IMG/VR virus record: IMGVR_UViG_2974587864_000001 | Length of the DNA: 64,000 nucleotides | Strand: one strand, 5' to 3' | DNA from: a virus | Taxonomy: Duplodnaviria > Heunggongvirae > Uroviricota > Caudoviricetes > Straboviridae | In this document: positions 60,076 through 64,000 of the stretch, piece after piece | How the letters are laid out: every line of letters begins with the position of its first letter | Position numbering within the stretch: position 1 is the first letter of the stretch | Program-made: the position numbers and the translations under genes | The notes under the pieces: model-generated | Told to the model about the DNA's origin: nothing | The model's input: the letters and a program-made list of their open reading frames with translations, nothing else | Database searches by the model: none

Positions 60076-62163
60076 ATGATCATGGATTATGAAACCATCA
60101 TTGATGGGATTATGCAAAATTTTCAGCATCCTTGCGATGCTGAGATCCCCGCTGGATATTACAGACGCGTTATCTGGCAGGGACACACAGAAAATTACCC
60201 CGCTGTTGGGGTAGAATGGGCGACCGAAATCATCCCGATCGGAACTCACCTGTATACGAGTTCCCCTTTCGGGCAGAAAAGCGATCCGCTTCCGGTGGTG
60301 AACTCTCCAAACGTACCAACGAATCCAGACGGAACCCCAGGGGTTTCTACTGACATTTTGGTTACGAAGATTGGTTATTATTTCGCCACTCAAGCAGATA
60401 TTGATGCCTATATCACATCGATCGGGGCTACGAAGCTCGCGGGTAATGACTGGTACGGGGCTGATCTGTCAAAAGCAAACTTGTTCAAGAACCCTGGCGA
60501 ACTCGCGATGTACAAGGTGGAAAACTCCGGTGGTTACTTGCTGACTTCCGGTCCCCGTTGCGATCCGCGAATCCGACAGGTATACAACCAGACTACAGGC
60601 GCGTTTACCAGCATTGATTATTACTGGAATGGCAACCGTATTGCGTACATGAAACACGACGAATCCCCCGCGCACCAGTGCAAATATACAGGGATGTCAG
60701 TAAACACGAACGCAGATACCAGCATTCCTCCGGTTCCTCCTGCTCTCCCGTCAACGTATGGGGCGCTACCGAGTGAAGCCAGATTGTTTTCTGCTCGCTC
60801 TGGATTGGGCTGTATTCCGGCGACCGTAGGGTTCCCGTATACGAATATCAGCGATGCTATGCTTTCCGCGTGGAACGAGACTCGTAAAACGTTCAAGCTG
60901 GCTTTCGATATGCTGACGGGTACAATTAAAAATGGCTCTGGTATCGCGACGATGTTTGACGGGCTTTCGATCGGGATGGAAGAAATCACAGCGGGTGCTC
61001 TGGCATTGTCACAACAAGCATGGCAAACCGCAATGAAGGTATTCCGGCAGATCATTAGCTCTGCGTTTAACATCGTGGGTGGGGCATGGAGTCTGATCAA
61101 TAACTTCCTCCCGACTGTTGCGATCCTGGGTGTTGCAATCAACATTTACGATCTGGTGTTTGGTGATAGTTCGGTTCAATCCCTGAAAGATTCTTTCCAG
61201 GCTCTGATTGACTCCGGCGCACAGACGTATGAAAGCGTCATAAACGCAATCTACGGGGCTATAGGCAGTTCTTACAATTATACCGTTGAATACGTCAAGG
61301 CTGGCGCTCGCGACCTTGTAGACGCTTGTAGCGCGTTATTTGACTGGTGTTTGACTATGTTCCAAAACGGTTGCGTTGCTCTGGTGGATTTGTACGGGCG
61401 TATGATGCAGATCTGGTCAATGCCTCCCGAAACACCAAACCCGCTTTGGTCTGCGGTGCTGGCTATCCGTAACATCATGCGACAGATTAAACCTCTTGAT
61501 GTGATTCTGGGCGGTAACTTCCCAGGGTTTACAGCAATGGATCTGTATCAGCAAGCGCAAGCGAAAGTGAAAGCGTTCATTGATGCATCCTATGCGCAGA
61601 TCTCCGCACTGTATGATCAGGGGCAAGAACTATTCAACACCCTGAAAGCACAGACACAGGAAAGGGATTCGATTAAACGCAAGTTCGATCAGTACCTAAA
61701 CTGGATGTGGGAACCTGTAACGGAAGCAACAACCGCTGCTTATCAGGCTGCACTTGATGCCGCTAACGCTGCTGTGAATGCGACTAAGGCCGCATATGAG
61801 GGAATCAAAGCACAGATTGCTACTCTGCAAGATGGGATGAAAGACACCTACAGCATGGCAATGACTGAACTCAAAAAACTGCCTGTAATGGCTCAGATTA
61901 ACCAGTTCTTAGGTTACTGTGGGGTTGCATTCGATGACCTGTTAAAAACGTATGAGAACGCGCTGACGGGCGCACAATCGCTATATAAAAACTTTGTTGA
62001 TAGTTCCCGCTCGTTTAAGGACACATGCAAGGTGATTTATAACCAGATTTGTACGCTTGCTCTAAGTAAGGTAACTCAATACGTAAACAAATTACTGTCA
62101 TTAATCGGACTCGCGATCACATTCGGTTCAATTAGTGTTTGCGTCCCTATGGTTCAATACTAA
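60076..62163 (+). CDS. large hypothetical protein (695 aa) with hydrophobic segments, inserted between gp5 and gp6
   Basis: ORF in same operon (4-nt gap after gp5); hydrophobic stretches AWSLINNFLPTVAILGVAINIYDLVF and LSLIGLAITFGSISVCVPMV; no T4 counterpart of this size at this position. Confidence 0.55.
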   Translation: MIMDYETIIDGIMQNFQHPCDAEIPAGYYRRVIWQGHTENYPAVGVEWATEIIPIGTHLYTSSPFGQKSDPLPVVNSPNVPTNPDGTPGVSTDILVTKIGYYFATQADIDAYITSIGATKLAGNDWYGADLSKANLFKNPGELAMYKVENSGGYLLTSGPRCDPRIRQVYNQTTGAFTSIDYYWNGNRIAYMKHDESPAHQCKYTGMSVNTNADTSIPPVPPALPSTYGALPSEARLFSARSGLGCIPATVGFPYTNISDAMLSAWNETRKTFKLAFDMLTGTIKNGSGIATMFDGLSIGMEEITAGALALSQQAWQTAMKVFRQIISSAFNIVGGAWSLINNFLPTVAILGVAINIYDLVFGDSSVQSLKDSFQALIDSGAQTYESVINAIYGAIGSSYNYTVEYVKAGARDLVDACSALFDWCLTMFQNGCVALVDLYGRMMQIWSMPPETPNPLWSAVLAIRNIMRQIKPLDVILGGNFPGFTAMDLYQQAQAKVKAFIDASYAQISALYDQGQELFNTLKAQTQERDSIKRKFDQYLNWMWEPVTEATTAAYQAALDAANAAVNATKAAYEGIKAQIATLQDGMKDTYSMAMTELKKLPVMAQINQFLGYCGVAFDDLLKTYENALTGAQSLYKNFVDSSRSFKDTCKVIYNQICTLALSKVTQYVNKLLSLIGLAITFGSISVCVPMVQY

Positions 62164-62186
62164 ATACCCGATAACGAGGGGTAATA

Positions 62187-64000
62187 ATGGCTACTACAAA
62201 GAAACAAATTAATCAGATCCCCGATATCTTTGTCGGGGCTACTTTTGACGAAATCAAATCTGACTTAATCAACTGGCTCCGAGGTCAGGACGAATTCAAG
62301 GATTATGATTTCTCCGGCTCGCGCATGAACGTACTTGTGGATCTGTTATCATACTGTACACTGTACATTCAGCAAATGAGTAACACCGCACTGTTCGAAT
62401 CGTTTATTCGTACCGCTGCATTGCGTAGTTCTGTTGTCCAACAGGCTCAGGATTTGGGCTATATGCCGGACTCCCGCACCGCTGCAAATACTGCGATCCT
62501 GATCACTGCGAAAAACCCACTGAACCCAACATCGATCCGTATTCCACGCGGTACGAAATTCATCGGTACAGTGAAAGAAACAAACAGTTTCCCGTTCGTC
62601 GTATCCGATGACGTGGTGATCGTTCGTGACAAAGACAATAACTATGTTTCGATGTTGAACATCGTTCAGGGGCGTTTAGTCCGTACCGAAGTCATCTTTG
62701 ATGGTTCGACTATCCTGATCCGCGATCCAAACATCGACCGTAGCCAGGTTCGTGTTACCGTCAACGGCGCACAATGGGATGACTGGACAAACGAAAGTAT
62801 CGTAAATGCAACGGGCGCATCAACTGTTTTCTATATGCGTGAAACTGTTGATGGACATACCGAAGTTTACTTTGGTGAAGGTGAAACCAGCCAACAGGTC
62901 GCGGGTGGTGCTCTGACTGCTGATTACATCGGGGGCTTGAAACCTGCAAACGGTTCAACCGTTGTTATTGAATATATTTCAACCAACGGCGAAGAAGCAA
63001 ACGGTGCTGAAAACTTTGTTTACGTGGATACGTTGACAAACATTAGCATTACGAGTATTGTTGAGAACCCGACTAATTCAGCGGACTATGTAGGCGCTGA
63101 TGGTGGTGGTGAACCGGAAGATATCGAACGTATTCGCGAACTCGCGCCTATCATGCGTGAGACACAGCGCCGTTGTGTTACTGCATCGGATTATGAATCG
63201 TTCTTGTCTCACCGCTTCGGTTCTGTTATTCAGGCGGTTCAGTGCTTTACTGATAAAGAAAAACCTGGCTATGCGTTCATCGCGGTTAAACCGAAATCAG
63301 GGTTGCGCTTGACCTCTGTTCAAAAAGAGGACATGCAAAACTATCTGGCGAAGTATAACCTTGCGACTATTACGCCGTCGATCCTTGACCCGAACTATCT
63401 GTATATCGTACAAAGCATCAAAGTAACGTATGATATCAGTAAGTTGGTTGAATCAGAGGAATGGTTGCGTGGTCAAGTAATCAACGAGGTTGACAGATAT
63501 TATACTGATAACGTTGAAATTTTCAACAAATCATTCAGTAAGTCCAAAATGTTAACCTATGTTGATAACGCGGACGTGTCGATTATTGGTTCTTCTGCGA
63601 CTATTCAGCTATTGCGTGAACTTGATAACTATTACAGCGCTCCGATGTCTGGTATTCACTTCTTAAACCAGGTGAAATCACGTTCTGTTGTTTCGAACGG
63701 GTTCAAATACACAAACGCTGCTGGTGATTCGTATGATGTGCGTTATGCATCAACCGATATGAACACTACAACCGGACGTGCAAAAATTGTTATCGGGCCA
63801 TTCAAAAACGGTGATATCAGTATCGCAGCCTATACAGGAACCGATTTTGATAAATATCCTGGAGTGACCGATCGTAATAAATATTACGAAGTCGGATATG
63901 TGGAACACTACACCGATTTCATTAGTTTCGATCTGGGTGTCCTGAACGTTCCATCCGAGCGATTCAGCGCTGCTTATATCGAACTGACTGGTACACCATT
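62187..64000 (+). CDS. 6: baseplate wedge subunit (T4 gp6 homolog), 5' 1.8 kb; continues beyond window
   Basis: N-terminus IPDIFVGATFDEIKSDLINWLRGQDEFKDYDFSGSRMNVLVDLLSYCTLYIQQ..NTALFESFIRTAALRSSVVQQAQDLGYMP parallels T4 gp6 IPEIFVGGTFAEIKQNLIEWLNGQNEFLDYDFEGSRLNVLCDLLAYNTLYIQQ. Confidence 0.85.
   Translation, partial: MATTKKQINQIPDIFVGATFDEIKSDLINWLRGQDEFKDYDFSGSRMNVLVDLLSYCTLYIQQMSNTALFESFIRTAALRSSVVQQAQDLGYMPDSRTAANTAILITAKNPLNPTSIRIPRGTKFIGTVKETNSFPFVVSDDVVIVRDKDNNYVSMLNIVQGRLVRTEVIFDGSTILIRDPNIDRSQVRVTVNGAQWDDWTNESIVNATGASTVFYMRETVDGHTEVYFGEGETSQQVAGGALTADYIGGLKPANGSTVVIEYISTNGEEANGAENFVYVDTLTNISITSIVENPTNSADYVGADGGGEPEDIERIRELAPIMRETQRRCVTASDYESFLSHRFGSVIQAVQCFTDKEKPGYAFIAVKPKSGLRLTSVQKEDMQNYLAKYNLATITPSILDPNYLYIVQSIKVTYDISKLVESEEWLRGQVINEVDRYYTDNVEIFNKSFSKSKMLTYVDNADVSIIGSSATIQLLRELDNYYSAPMSGIHFLNQVKSRSVVSNGFKYTNAAGDSYDVRYASTDMNTTTGRAKIVIGPFKNGDISIAAYTGTDFDKYPGVTDRNKYYEVGYVEHYTDFISFDLGVLNVPSERFSAAYIELTGTP

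Overview
This window is a 64-kb piece of a T4-like (Straboviridae-type) myovirus genome. T4 core genes are recognisable by direct protein similarity: dCMP deaminase (cd), gp31 co-chaperonin, ATP-dependent DNA ligase (gp30), baseplate hub/wedge proteins gp27, gp25, gp53, gp5 (cell-puncturing protein with a T4-lysozyme domain) and gp6 (partial), head completion gp4, DNA end protector gp2, and dNMP kinase (gene 1). One tRNA-Gly(UCC) is present. Gene order differs from T4: cd-31-tRNA-...-30 lie on one strand, gp27 is inverted relative to gp28-29-48-54, and a gp51/26-like pair plus gp25 follows gp54. Between these backbone modules lie two long blocks of small, tightly packed early-type genes, about 30 on the plus strand (191..10535) and about 90 on the minus strand (17.7..54 kb). 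Many start codons overlap the previous stop as ATGA. Many of these genes are preceded by a repeated cassette: a GC-rich stem-loop, an extended -10 (TGTTATATT) and a conserved 5' leader (ACACACATCGAAACGAAACAG). These cassettes resemble the PeSL shuffling elements of T4-type phages. The accessory content is unusual. It contains an NAD/ADP-ribose toolkit (NADAR domain, macro domain, bifunctional NMNAT-Nudix, a second Nudix) and an Acb1-like 2H phosphoesterase at the 57B position. It also contains a Dcm-type C5-cytosine methyltransferase with an HNH-AP2 endonuclease overlapping its 3' end, a Pol-beta-type nucleotidyltransferase, a radical-SAM/SPASM-like enzyme with a non-canonical Cys motif, and a DUF262 (GmrSD-N/ParB-like) protein. 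Further accessory genes are a PIN-PhoH protein, a T5-type L-Ala-D-Glu peptidase endolysin, a GrcA/Y06I-like glycyl-radical cofactor whose C-terminal half, from memory, is near-identical to enterobacterial GrcA, thymidine kinase, an SPFH protein, and a secreted lytic transglycosylase. Four regions are the best candidates for undescribed biology. First, a six-gene minus-strand operon (19859..24282) in which a 748-aa vWA/MIDAS protein is bracketed by two diverged paralogs sharing the N-terminus MKIRSGFVSNSSSSSF. Second, an insertion between conserved genes 3 and 2 that carries a highly expressed-looking unknown gene and an AT-rich element flanked by inverted GCGAAGCGA repeats. Third, a 695-aa membrane-associated protein inserted between gp5 and gp6. 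Fourth, an exact 127-bp tandem duplication of a gene 3' end. The T5-type endolysin, the Dcm methyltransferase and the absence of recognisable hydroxymethylase genes in this window fit a non-hmC 'pseudo-T-even' (RB43/Slopekvirus-like) lineage infecting Enterobacteriaceae. This is inference from memory, not a database result.
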